This document shows positions 39,963-49,651 of a DNA stretch of 60,292 nucleotides, one piece after another. The DNA is taken from NCBI GenBank assembly GCA_964401005.1, contig CAYNWX010000022.1, positions 1-60,292 on the forward strand, in the 5' to 3' direction. Origin of the DNA: an uncultured Natronohydrobacter sp. Lineage in GTDB: Bacteria; Pseudomonadota; Alphaproteobacteria; Rhodobacterales; Rhodobacteraceae. Below the pieces are notes generated by a model. That model was not told the DNA's origin. It did no database searches and saw only the letters and a list, made by a program, of their open reading frames with translations. Position numbers and translations under genes: made by a program. Position 1 is the first letter of the stretch, and each line of letters opens with the position of its first letter.

Positions 39963-42842
39963 ATGATGCCCGTGCCCGATCCACAGACACTTGGCTATCC
40001 AATCCCCTCGGTCACGAATAAAGGGCTTACCGCGCTAACACGTGTTTTCGCGCAAGTCAGTCGCGACCTTCAGCGCGCGTCGCCCGGAGCAAGTGACCAA
40101 GCCATTGATGCGGCCCTAAGAAGCATAGGCACGGCACTTGGGGCAGATCGCGCTTATGTTTTCGAGACGAAAGATACTGTCTTCATCCGGAACACGCATG
40201 AATGGTGCGCGCCCAAAGTGGCGCCGATGAAAGATTCGTTGCAACACGTGCCATTTACAACCGGTGCCGTGTTCTGGGACCGCTTTCGTGAGTTTGGGTC
40301 GGTGCAGATAACTGACTTCACTGCTCTTTTGCCCGGAAACGAGTTGCGTCAGGTGTTGGAAGACCAACAGATTACTGCGCTGGTCGCTGCACCTTTCTGG
40401 CGCAAGGGTGAGATTATTGGCTTCGTCGGTCTGGATTTCACAAAGGGCCCGCGCGACATCCTGTCGGCCGAGGACAACCTCTTACGTAGTTTCGCAGCTC
40501 AGATCGGGATGCTGCGAAACCTGACATTGTCAGAGCGTGTCGCACAACGGCTTGATACCGAACTTGCCCGCATCCGGTCACAATTAAGCGCCGCCGTTGC
40601 AGCGCTGCCAGAACTCTTGGTCGAGACCGACCACCAAGGCATCATCATGGGCTTCCATCAAAGCACACCACTTACCTTTGCCGCCACGCCACAGGAAGTG
40701 ATTGGTCAGCCCCCGGAAAATGTTCTGCCACCGCATTTGGCCGCAATCGTGCGAAAGGCAATGCGCGAAGTAGACCTGTTTGGCTGGTCACAATCGCACA
40801 GCTATTGGGTGGACACACCTGCCGCGCGAAAGTGGTATTCGCTCTATGCCACGACGCGCGACCTGAGAGCCCCGGGCAAAGAACACGGCTACCTATTCGT
40901 TGTGCGCGACATTACCAATGCGCAGCTTCAAAACCAACAGGTGCGACAGCTTGTGCAGGTGGCCGAACAAGCGACCAATCTGATCATGTTGACGGATGCG
41001 CAACGGAAAATTCGCTGGATGAATCCTGCTGCCCTTAAGCGCACTGGCTATTCGCTTGCCCAGGCAGAGGGCTTGCGCCCAAGCGAAGTTCTGCATTTGG
41101 CAGACGCATCGCCCGACATTATCGACGAGCTTTGTGAGACATTGAACAATGGACATCCCATTGCCCGCGAAGTCCGCGCGCAAACGCTGTCTGGGATCGT
41201 GTATTGGCTGGACCTGAATGTGCAGCCGCTGCGCGATTCAGAGGGCGTGATCGAAGGATATATGGTCATCGCCTCGGACACGACGAGCCATAAGCAAGCT
41301 GAAGCACGCCTTTTGCACGAGCGCAGCCATGTCATGAGTGCCAGCCAAGAAGGGATGGCGATCATCCGCCCGAATGGCAGATTGTCGTATTTGAACACGA
41401 CATTGCGCAAATTCTTGAATGTTGCAGATGATGCAACGCTTGAAGCCATGATGTGGACCGACATCACGCCGCCAGAGCTAACCGAGCGCATGACATCTAT
41501 CCTGCCTGTGCTGCTATCTACTGGAACGTGGGAAGGGGAATTCGCGCGCCGCAATCCAGACGGCAGCGTCAATCACTTTGCGATCACGTTGATCGTTCAG
41601 GATGATACATCGACATTAGCCATCCTGCGCAACATCACCGAGCGCAAGAAGGCGGTACAGGAACAAGTGCGGCTGCGCGAGCGGCTGCAAAGAGCCCAAA
41701 GTCACCAGCTTGGTGCACAACTCGCTGCCGGTATGGCGCATGATTTCGCCAACGTGCTTGCAACCATTTCCAGCTCTGTCGAAACACTCGCCCAGCAAGT
41801 CGGGACGAATGCGCATACCACAATCCATCGCATAAAAGCGGCTACCGAAGAAGCCCGCGCCTTGGCGCGCGGTTTGACGCGCCTTGAAAGTGCCAGACCA
41901 AGTGCCATTACCCAACCACTTGCCCCGATACTCAGCGCGGCAACTGATCTTTTGCAGCCGGGGCTTGATGGGTCGATCCAGCTCATCCCCGACTTTTCAG
42001 ATCGGGGGCTTTGCATTCATGGCGACAGGATGGAACTCATGCAGGTTGTTTTGAACCTGCTTCTGAATGCGCGCGACGCCTGTCGTCGAAGACTGGAAGT
42101 CGAACCAAGCTCTGCCGCGATCCTCACTTTGAGCGCATATAGCTGTGACGACAGTAAGCTTCCCGTCGCCCCTGATGTCGGTGCAACCCTGATAGGGGTC
42201 AAATATGCGGTGATAGAGGTTTCCGACACAGGCGATGGAATAGACCAGAAGATGCGCCGGTCGATCTTCACGCCTTATCTGACAACCAAGGAGGAAACCG
42301 GGGCGGGATTGGGTCTGGCCGTTGTAGCAGATATTGTCAAAGCCCGTGGTGCCGCCTTGCAGGTTTTGGAAAACGATCCAAACGGCACACAAATCCGGGT
42401 CTACTGGCCCATAGCAGAGATCAAAGGCAGCGCGCTGGCTGCGTCTGAAACGCCGCTTGCCAACACGAATATTCTTCTGGTGGATAATGACGACACGCTG
42501 CTGCAAAGCCTGTCTGATCTTCTGGTGCGCGCCGGTGCCGAGGTTGCAAGCTGCGTCGACCCTGCCGATGCGCTTGATGCAATCACCCAATCTCCGCAGG
42601 ACTGGGATCTGGTCGTCACAGATTTCGACATGGGCGCAACAAATGGGGTAACCCTCGCGCAGCAAATGCACGCAGAGCGCGAAGACCTGCCGATAATCTT
42701 AATGACCGGCAACAGTGAGTTGCATTTTGCAACAAAATCTGTGCAAGATGAATTTGCCGCGACCTTACGTAAGCCAATTTCTCCTAGCGTTCTGATTTCG
42801 GTTCTCCTTGCCGCGAAATTAAGGTCTCAGCGGCATATCTGA
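39963..42842 (+). CDS. Cytoplasmic hybrid sensor kinase (GAF-PAS-PAS-PAS-HisKA-HATPase-REC)
   Basis: ADRAYVF...NTHEWC GAF; PAS ends VVRDIT, ASDTT, LRNITE; AGMAHDFAN; NLLLNARDA; DTGDG; GAGLGL; REC DLVVTD...LRKP. No TM seen; start uncertain. Confidence 0.92.
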   Translation: MMPVPDPQTLGYPIPSVTNKGLTALTRVFAQVSRDLQRASPGASDQAIDAALRSIGTALGADRAYVFETKDTVFIRNTHEWCAPKVAPMKDSLQHVPFTTGAVFWDRFREFGSVQITDFTALLPGNELRQVLEDQQITALVAAPFWRKGEIIGFVGLDFTKGPRDILSAEDNLLRSFAAQIGMLRNLTLSERVAQRLDTELARIRSQLSAAVAALPELLVETDHQGIIMGFHQSTPLTFAATPQEVIGQPPENVLPPHLAAIVRKAMREVDLFGWSQSHSYWVDTPAARKWYSLYATTRDLRAPGKEHGYLFVVRDITNAQLQNQQVRQLVQVAEQATNLIMLTDAQRKIRWMNPAALKRTGYSLAQAEGLRPSEVLHLADASPDIIDELCETLNNGHPIAREVRAQTLSGIVYWLDLNVQPLRDSEGVIEGYMVIASDTTSHKQAEARLLHERSHVMSASQEGMAIIRPNGRLSYLNTTLRKFLNVADDATLEAMMWTDITPPELTERMTSILPVLLSTGTWEGEFARRNPDGSVNHFAITLIVQDDTSTLAILRNITERKKAVQEQVRLRERLQRAQSHQLGAQLAAGMAHDFANVLATISSSVETLAQQVGTNAHTTIHRIKAATEEARALARGLTRLESARPSAITQPLAPILSAATDLLQPGLDGSIQLIPDFSDRGLCIHGDRMELMQVVLNLLLNARDACRRRLEVEPSSAAILTLSAYSCDDSKLPVAPDVGATLIGVKYAVIEVSDTGDGIDQKMRRSIFTPYLTTKEETGAGLGLAVVADIVKARGAALQVLENDPNGTQIRVYWPIAEIKGSALAASETPLANTNILLVDNDDTLLQSLSDLLVRAGAEVASCVDPADALDAITQSPQDWDLVVTDFDMGATNGVTLAQQMHAEREDLPIILMTGNSELHFATKSVQDEFAATLRKPISPSVLISVLLAAKLRSQRHI

Positions 42843-42861
42843 ACGATGCGAAAGCACCGGA

Positions 42862-43497
42862 ATGCGCCTTTTGATTGCCGACGACCACGAATTGCTGCGC
42901 GATACTCTCGGGAACTTCCTGCAGCAGCAGGATGGGATTGACATATGCACGGTCGGCGATCTGGACGGTGCTATAGACCGATTGGACAGCGGCGAGCTTT
43001 TTGATCTGATATTGCTTGATTACACCATGCCAGGAATGCACGGTCTGGAGGGGCTCAAGCTGCTGCTTGACAGGCCAGACGCGCCCCCTGTCGCGCTCAT
43101 CTCGGGTGTGGCGGATATTGGCATCGCGCTTGACGCAATGCGCCTTGGGGCGCAGGGGTTCTTGCAAAAATCCATCCCGGCCAAATCACTACTGAACGCG
43201 ATCCGCTTCATGGTGGCCGGCGAACGTTATCTTTCGGTAGACGACATCTTGCAGCACTTCGCGGCGTTGGGCGGCACTCTGCCAGCGTCGGAAGAGCCAA
43301 CGAGCATTCCCCTGACCCCGCGCGAAACGCAGGTGCTTTCGGCGCTGTGCGATGGCCAAACGAATAAAGAAATCGCCCGCAAGCTGAACCTAAGCGAGCC
43401 AACGATCAAGCTGCATGTAAAGACGCTTTATCGTCGCTTGGGCGCGACCAATCGGACACAGGCCGCCATGATCGCGCGCGACCTTGGCCTAAACTAG
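42862..43497 (+). CDS. NarL/LuxR family response regulator
   Basis: LIADDH, LLDYTMPG, LTPRETQVL...GQTNKEIARKL...TIKLHVK. Confidence 0.95.
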   Translation: MRLLIADDHELLRDTLGNFLQQQDGIDICTVGDLDGAIDRLDSGELFDLILLDYTMPGMHGLEGLKLLLDRPDAPPVALISGVADIGIALDAMRLGAQGFLQKSIPAKSLLNAIRFMVAGERYLSVDDILQHFAALGGTLPASEEPTSIPLTPRETQVLSALCDGQTNKEIARKLNLSEPTIKLHVKTLYRRLGATNRTQAAMIARDLGLN

Positions 43498-43576
43498 CCA
43501 AATCGCTGGATTTTTGTCGGTTCTGCTGGTAACTTTTGGCCAAAGTCGCGCAAAACAGCGGCAGAGCAGAGGCAGA

Positions 43577-44596
43577 ATGGCAGGTCGCGTAGGGCTAGAC
43601 GGCGTTTTCGCCGTTGAATGGAAATGTGTGGAATGTGATGGGGTGACAGGTCTGGACCCGCATTGGCTGCGAGTTGGGGCAGAACTGCGCTGGCACGGCC
43701 AAGCTTTGCGGCTGGACGGGCAGACCCATTTGCTGCGCTTGCGCGACCCCAATGGAACAAAGCCCTATCGCGCCCGCGCCATGGCGGAAAAGCTTACAGG
43801 CCTTGCCTATCGCGACCGCCCCGAGGAAGACACGGGCGCAGCCCCCTTGGGTGGTCTGCTACTGACAGATGGGCACAGTCGCTTCAGTTTGCGCCTTGTG
43901 GCCCATAAAGCGGCATGGCTTGCCGTATTCACCGATGGCTTGCCGTTGCGCGGTCAATCGCTTTGGGTTGTTGAAACCCGGCTGGGCGTTCCTGCACTAA
44001 CCCAATCACAATCGGTCATATGTTTTGCGTCCGAAACGGTGATCGCCACGCCGAACGGCCCCACGCCGATTGACCGCATCCGTGAAGGCGATCTTGTCCT
44101 GACCCGCGACAATGGCCCGAAACCCGTGGTCTGGGCGGGACGCAGCAGCTTGTCGGGCCTTGCACTGCGCCGTTACCCACATTTGCGGCCCATTCGGTTG
44201 CGGCGTGGCGCGCTTGGGTCTGTGCCCGACGACGAATTGCGCATTTCGCCCGAACACCGCGTTCTGGTCACCGGCCAGCGCGCGCAATCCCTCTATGGCT
44301 GTGACGAGGTGCTGGTGCGGGCCGCGGACCTTTTGGATTATCGCAGCATCGCCCCAGATCTGGCGTTGCATGGGGTGGTTTATGTGCATCTGCTACTGGA
44401 GGACCACCAAATCCTGTTTGCCAATGGCCTGCCTTGCGAAAGCTTCCACCCTGGTTTGGCAGCACCCGACATGTTGCGACACCACCGCAGCGCATTGCGG
44501 GCGGTTATGCCCCATGTGGTCGATGCGCCAGAGGGTTACGGCCCAACTGCGCGGCGCTGCCTGAGCGCTGGCGAAGCGGCGCTTCTGGCAGCCTGA
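43577..44596 (+). CDS. Hint-domain (BIL-type) protein
   Basis: VICFASETVIATP, GDLVLTRDNG, ISPEHRVL, YVHLL..HQILFANG..CESFHPG. Confidence 0.9.
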   Translation: MAGRVGLDGVFAVEWKCVECDGVTGLDPHWLRVGAELRWHGQALRLDGQTHLLRLRDPNGTKPYRARAMAEKLTGLAYRDRPEEDTGAAPLGGLLLTDGHSRFSLRLVAHKAAWLAVFTDGLPLRGQSLWVVETRLGVPALTQSQSVICFASETVIATPNGPTPIDRIREGDLVLTRDNGPKPVVWAGRSSLSGLALRRYPHLRPIRLRRGALGSVPDDELRISPEHRVLVTGQRAQSLYGCDEVLVRAADLLDYRSIAPDLALHGVVYVHLLLEDHQILFANGLPCESFHPGLAAPDMLRHHRSALRAVMPHVVDAPEGYGPTARRCLSAGEAALLAA

Positions 44597-45300
44597 TCGC
44601 GCAAGGCGGCATCGTGTGCCGACAGCCAGAGTGCATCAATCTGCGCTAGCGCGTTGGCATCAAGCGGGTCGCCTTCCCAATACCGGCCCGAGGGACAAAC
44701 CGCCCCAAGCTCTGCTTCGGCGGCAAGGGCGGGCGCGATACGCGCGGCCACGGTGTGCAAAGGCGCAATGCCGGCTAGGTCAGACGGGTGCGCACGCGGA
44801 AAGGTCAGGCGCGTTTCCGAGGTCGAGAGATTGACCATCGCGCAGCCTTCATTCGCGGCCAAAAGCTCCAACCGCGCCGATTTTGCGCGCAAGTCTTGCA
44901 AGGTCGGATCGGGGCGCAGCGGGTCGGCCTGCCCTTGGCCGTAGAAATGGCTGGCACCCGCAGAATAGACCATGTCACACCCCAAATATGCGATCACCTT
45001 GGGCCTAAGCGCGCCCAATGCCCAATAGCCCGCGCTGAACGCCATGGTAGCCCCGGCATAGATGATGCCCCCGAAGCGATTATTTTGCGGCACATATTCA
45101 TCCGAAGGCACAAAACATTGACCCTTATTCAGAGCAACGGGTGCCCGCTCCGGGGGGAAATCGTCCGGGAAGGCAAGAAAATCCCAATCGGGACGCACTG
45201 CCCAAGCGTTATTGATCGCCACGATCCGGTCGAACGGCGCGCGCGGCCAGTCGCGGCTGTCCACCACATTGGGGCCGCTGCCCAGGATCAGGACGATCAT
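44536..45300 (-). CDS. Hypothetical protein with a CstII/Maf-like glycosyltransferase pattern
   Basis: ILGSGPN, AINNAW, TMAFSA, IAYLGCDM; GAGG RBS. Confidence 0.75.
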   Translation of the reverse strand: MIVLILGSGPNVVDSRDWPRAPFDRIVAINNAWAVRPDWDFLAFPDDFPPERAPVALNKGQCFVPSDEYVPQNNRFGGIIYAGATMAFSAGYWALGALRPKVIAYLGCDMVYSAGASHFYGQGQADPLRPDPTLQDLRAKSARLELLAANEGCAMVNLSTSETRLTFPRAHPSDLAGIAPLHTVAARIAPALAAEAELGAVCPSGRYWEGDPLDANALAQIDALWLSAHDAALRDQAARSAASPALRQRRAVGP

Positions 45301-45424
45301 CGCTGCATTCCCTCTTGCGGCTTCAGGGCTGACTCCAGCCCAGCCATATCACGGCAAAGTAGAGCCCTGACCGTAATGGCAACAGGAAACAGCGCGATGA
45401 CAGCGCAATCGCCACAAGATGGCG

Positions 45425-47959
45425 TCAGAACCGATCTAGCAAGCGGCGCAGATAATCCAATTCTTCCTCTGGCCGATCAAGTTCGGCAGAGCGGCGGCGC
45501 AATTCTTCCAGCAGGTCGCGGGCGCGTTCATAGGCATCGTTTTCAGCCAGCATGTTCTGCTCGGTGCCAACCTCTCCGCCTTCGTTGCGCGCACGACCTA
45601 ACGGGTCGCGGCCATCGGCATTGCCGGTTTCCGACGCCTGTTCACCCTCGGCCATCTCGCGCTGATCCTGCGCCTGCGCTTCGTTCATGGCGCGCAAACC
45701 GTCGCGCATGGCTTCCATAGCATCGGCCTGACGGCTGAGCGCTTCGCCAGTGTCGCCCTGCTCCAGCGCCTCCGCAGCCTCTTCCATGGCGCGTTGCGCG
45801 CGTTCCAGCGCGTCTAGCGCAGCGTCGCCTTCGGGCATGCCTTCGCCGGGCAAGGGTTGCAATTGTTGCTGACGCAAAGCTTCGGCCAGATCGCGCTGCC
45901 GTTCCGCCAGATCATCATTGCCTGTGCCCTCGCCCTGCTGATCTTGCGGTTCGCCCTGACCGTTTTGACCCTCGCGCGGCTCTCCATCTTGACCTTGGCC
46001 TTGCTGCGGCTGGCCTTGGCCCTGCCCGCCATTGCGGAATTCTTCCTGCAACTCACCGAATGTGTCATCGGCCAAGTCCTGTTGGTCGCGCAGCGCTTCG
46101 CCCAAGCCTTCCATCGCCTCGCCGCCCGGCATGGGCGGGCCGTCGCCGCCCTGCCCTTCGGCAACTTGCAGGTTTTCCAGCAATGCGTTGAGCTGGGCCA
46201 TCAGCTCTGCCGCTTCTTCCATGCGGCCTTCTTCCATCAATTCCTGAATGCGGTCCATCAATTGCTGGATCTGGTCTTGCGTGACCTCGCTGCGCTCCCC
46301 CTCAGCTTGCTCGTCGCCGGGTTCGCGAGGTTGTTCGGCCAATTGCTGCATGTAATCGCGCATGGCTTCGCGCATTTCGTCCATCAATTCCTGAATCTCG
46401 GACGGGTCGGCCCCGTTGCGCATGGCTTCGTCCAGCCGTTCTTGCGCGCGCTCCAGACGGGCGCGAGCATCGGCCAATTCGCCCTCTTCCAGAAGGATCG
46501 CCAAATCCCACAGCTTTTGGGCCAGATCGTCGCGTGTCGCGGCATCAAGACCGCCATCTGTCAGGCTGGCCTGCAGCAGATCGCGGGTTTCCATGAAGCG
46601 CGCCAAGGCTTCAGTTGACCGAAACGCATCCGATGCGCGGTGCGACACCGCGCGCATCAATTGTAGGCTGCGCGCCCCGTTCTCGCGCGACCATAAAAGA
46701 TCGCGGCGCAATTCTATGACTGCTGCCGCCATCGGGTCGAAAAACCGCCGCCCCGGCAGCACGACATGGGCGGCGTCGCTTTCGCCCATCTGCCCGCGCT
46801 CATCTTCAACGGCCATACTGAGCACAACGGGCAGGTTGGCCCATGGGTGCTGCGAAAAATCTTCGATAAAGGCGTCTTCGATCTGGTCGCGCGCACCGGA
46901 GGCTGGCAAGGGCAGCACGATTTCCAATGCGTCACGGGGTTCAGGGTCAGTGGCCAAGCCAAACCGGCGATCCACCTGCGCCAAATCAAGTGCCACGGTA
47001 ATCTGACCACCCGTGACCGCATAATCATCTTGTGCGGCGTAATCCTGCCGCATGAGCCCGCCTTGTTCGCGCACGGGCGCACCTGCCAGCGTAATACTGG
47101 GCGCGGCATCGGTCAGGGCGGTAATCTCCCAATCGCGGCCACCGGGGCCGCGCACCGACAGGCGACCAGAGGTTTCCACGGTGAAATCCTGCGCCATCTC
47201 CGCCGGGTCGGTCGCGTCGCGGCCCGACAGGCTTTCGACCACGCTCATAATTCCGGGTTGGCCGTAGAAACGAATGGTCACAAGGCTGCCTTGCGGCAAT
47301 TGGAGCGCGGCGCGGTCAACCTCGTTCAGATACAAACTGGGGCGGCCCGTATAGTCGGGCGGCTGCACCCAAGCTTCCCAAGACGGGCCAAGCGCGATTG
47401 CTTCGGCACGGCCCGGAAGCTGAGCCATGTCGCCCAATTCTGTCACGCGCGAGGGGGCGGCGAACAAAACCGCGACCCCTGCCGCCGTGGCGGCCATGTA
47501 GCGCAACCCATAGCGGTCGAAGCGCGACAGGCGCATATCGCCCGGAACGGTGCGGGCTTGCGCCAAAATGCGCCCCAGCCGCGCCATATGGGCCTGCCAC
47601 AGGGCTTGGGTGCCGGGATCATTCGCGCCGATTGCGACCTGATCGGCCATTGCGCTCAGTGGGCGGCCTGGAAGCGTCTGGTCAAGACGGCGCGCGGCAT
47701 CGGCGCGTCGTGGCACGTCCAGCCGCCATGCGCCCCAGAGCAAACTTGCCAGCAATGCGGCCAAACCACCAAGCCCCACACCCGTGGTCCAGAGAGGCGG
47801 TAAAATATCTTGGACACCAAAGGCAAGCGCTGCCCAAAGCGCCAACGCAACCGTTACAAACGGCCAGAAAGCGCGCGCTGCACGTTCTGCCCATATCCCG
47901 AGCAAGGTGCCCCGAATAGCGCGGTCAAGTTCCCGAGTGTCGCTGTCGCCTGCGGCCAT
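45425..47959 (-). CDS. TIGR02302/DUF4175 family protein
   Basis: WAERAARAFWP, two TMs, WVQPPDYTG, DDY, HPWANL, coiled-coil Q/E/G-rich tail, DPLGR, ELDYLRRLL; downstream of lysA. Confidence 0.88.
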   Translation of the reverse strand: MAAGDSDTRELDRAIRGTLLGIWAERAARAFWPFVTVALALWAALAFGVQDILPPLWTTGVGLGGLAALLASLLWGAWRLDVPRRADAARRLDQTLPGRPLSAMADQVAIGANDPGTQALWQAHMARLGRILAQARTVPGDMRLSRFDRYGLRYMAATAAGVAVLFAAPSRVTELGDMAQLPGRAEAIALGPSWEAWVQPPDYTGRPSLYLNEVDRAALQLPQGSLVTIRFYGQPGIMSVVESLSGRDATDPAEMAQDFTVETSGRLSVRGPGGRDWEITALTDAAPSITLAGAPVREQGGLMRQDYAAQDDYAVTGGQITVALDLAQVDRRFGLATDPEPRDALEIVLPLPASGARDQIEDAFIEDFSQHPWANLPVVLSMAVEDERGQMGESDAAHVVLPGRRFFDPMAAAVIELRRDLLWSRENGARSLQLMRAVSHRASDAFRSTEALARFMETRDLLQASLTDGGLDAATRDDLAQKLWDLAILLEEGELADARARLERAQERLDEAMRNGADPSEIQELMDEMREAMRDYMQQLAEQPREPGDEQAEGERSEVTQDQIQQLMDRIQELMEEGRMEEAAELMAQLNALLENLQVAEGQGGDGPPMPGGEAMEGLGEALRDQQDLADDTFGELQEEFRNGGQGQGQPQQGQGQDGEPREGQNGQGEPQDQQGEGTGNDDLAERQRDLAEALRQQQLQPLPGEGMPEGDAALDALERAQRAMEEAAEALEQGDTGEALSRQADAMEAMRDGLRAMNEAQAQDQREMAEGEQASETGNADGRDPLGRARNEGGEVGTEQNMLAENDAYERARDLLEELRRRSAELDRPEEELDYLRRLLDRF

Positions 47960-47980
47960 GCATCCTCGCTTGCCGGCCGG

Positions 47981-49252
47981 TCATTCTGCCAGCCATGAAG
48001 GGAATGTATCGCGTGCAAGGATTTCGTCAAAGGTCGGACGTGCCCGGATGACCGCGAATTGATCACCATCGACCAAAACTTCGGGGATCAGGGGGCGGGT
48101 GTTGTATTCCGAGGACATAACTGCGCCATAGGCCCCCGCCGAACGGAAGGCCACGAGCGCGCCCGCATCCAGCGGCGGCATGGGGCGGGCCTTGGCAAAG
48201 GTGTCGCCCGATTCGCAAACCGGGCCCACAATATCAACCGGGCGCTGGTCCACGGCGGTTTGGGCTTCCAGAACCGGGACAATGTCGTGATGCGCGCCAT
48301 ACATGGCCGGGCGGATCAAATCGTTCATCGCGGCATCGAGGATGAGGAAATCCCGCCCCTCGCCCGCCTTGGTATAGATGACAGATGCGACCAGAATCCC
48401 CGCATTGCCCGCGATCAGGCGGCCCGGTTCGATTTCAATTTCCACATCCAGATCACCCAAGACGCGATGCACCATCGCCCCGTAATCGCTGGGCAGGGGC
48501 GGCGTTTCGTTCGACCGCGTGTAAGGAATGCCCAAGCCTCCGCCCAAATCCAGCCGGGTGATCGTGTGGCCATCGGCGCGCAATTCGCGCGTCAGGTCGG
48601 CGATCTTGGAGAATGCCATCTCGAACGGGGCCAGATCGGTCAATTGGCTGCCAATGTGCACATCCACGCCCACAACCTGAATACCGGGCAGCTTGGCGGC
48701 CTGGGCATAAATGTCACGCGCACGCGCGATGGGCACACCGAACTTGTCTTCTTTTCGGCCCGTGGCGATTTTCTCATGCGTCTTGGCGTCCACATCGGGG
48801 TTCACGCGCAGGGCAATCGGGGCGGTAGCGCCCATGCCCGCCGCGACCTCTGAGAGCACGCGTAATTCTTCCAACGATTCCACGTTTATCTGGCGGATGC
48901 CTTCAGACAGCACGAGTGCCATCTCTTCACGCGTTTTACCTACCCCGGAAAAAACGATGCGTTCGCCCGGCACACCCGCCGCCCGTGCCCGACGGTATTC
49001 GCCGCCCGATACCACGTCCATCCCCGCGCCCAACCGTGCCAGAACGCGCAAAACCGCAACATTCGACAAAGCCTTGACCGCGAAACAGACCAGATGATCA
49101 CTGCCTGCCAAGGCCTCTTGGAACAGCCGGAAATGGCGGGTCAGCGTAGCGGTGGAATAAACATAAAATGGCGTGCCTACCGCCTGCGCAATATCGGTCA
49201 GAGGCACGTCTTCGGCGTGCAACACACCGTCACGATACAGGAAATGGTCCAT
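47981..49252 (-). CDS. lysA: Diaminopimelate decarboxylase
   Basis: GTPFYVYS, FAVKA, HIGSQ, EPGR, GPVCESGD, GAYG. Confidence 0.98.
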   Translation of the reverse strand: MDHFLYRDGVLHAEDVPLTDIAQAVGTPFYVYSTATLTRHFRLFQEALAGSDHLVCFAVKALSNVAVLRVLARLGAGMDVVSGGEYRRARAAGVPGERIVFSGVGKTREEMALVLSEGIRQINVESLEELRVLSEVAAGMGATAPIALRVNPDVDAKTHEKIATGRKEDKFGVPIARARDIYAQAAKLPGIQVVGVDVHIGSQLTDLAPFEMAFSKIADLTRELRADGHTITRLDLGGGLGIPYTRSNETPPLPSDYGAMVHRVLGDLDVEIEIEPGRLIAGNAGILVASVIYTKAGEGRDFLILDAAMNDLIRPAMYGAHHDIVPVLEAQTAVDQRPVDIVGPVCESGDTFAKARPMPPLDAGALVAFRSAGAYGAVMSSEYNTRPLIPEVLVDGDQFAVIRARPTFDEILARDTFPSWLAE

Positions 49253-49278
49253 GAACTTCGGCTTTCGGTCGGGCACGA

Positions 49279-49335
49279 GCGCATCTGGCGAAGGGCCGAC
49301 GCCGCTGGCGGGAATATGTGAGGCAAAAAGACGGG
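49279..49335 (+). repeat. Possible short intergenic repeat element
   Basis: GGCG-aagggccga-CGCC hairpin, then GGAATATGTGAGGCAAAAAGAC; the tail resembles 57555-57577. Confidence 0.35.
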
Positions 49336-49336
49336 A

Positions 49337-49651
49337 TCAGGTCGGTTTTGACCGCAGGAACAAATACAGCGGCAACCCGCAAGACACCCCGATGCAGAAG
49401 GTGGCCGGAATGGCAATAAGCCCGATATAGCGTTTTCGGGTAACGCATTCCGCGATGACAAAAACCGTCAGCGCTACAGCGGCAATGGTCAGGTCCCATA
49501 CAAGGCCAGACGTGGCGGCATTGACATGCCAAGCGTCGACCATGGCCATGATCGACCAGCCGTTTTCCTGAAACCACGTCACGAAGTAATACATCGGGTG
49601 GATCGCGCCCCAGATGGCAAGGGCAAGGAAGATCATGCGCAACACTGTCAT
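49337..49651 (-). CDS. DUF2834-like membrane protein
   Basis: GLVWDLTIAA; IGVSCGLPLYLFLR. Confidence 0.82.
   Translation of the reverse strand: MTVLRMIFLALAIWGAIHPMYYFVTWFQENGWSIMAMVDAWHVNAATSGLVWDLTIAAVALTVFVIAECVTRKRYIGLIAIPATFCIGVSCGLPLYLFLRSKPT

Noticed and set aside
40940-41300. LOV photoreceptor domain in the hybrid kinase
   Set aside because: No GxNCRFLQ motif (the sequence is GLRPSEVL).
43529-43543. CtrA box before the Hint gene
   Set aside because: GTAA-N7-CCAA has three mismatches; too weak to call.
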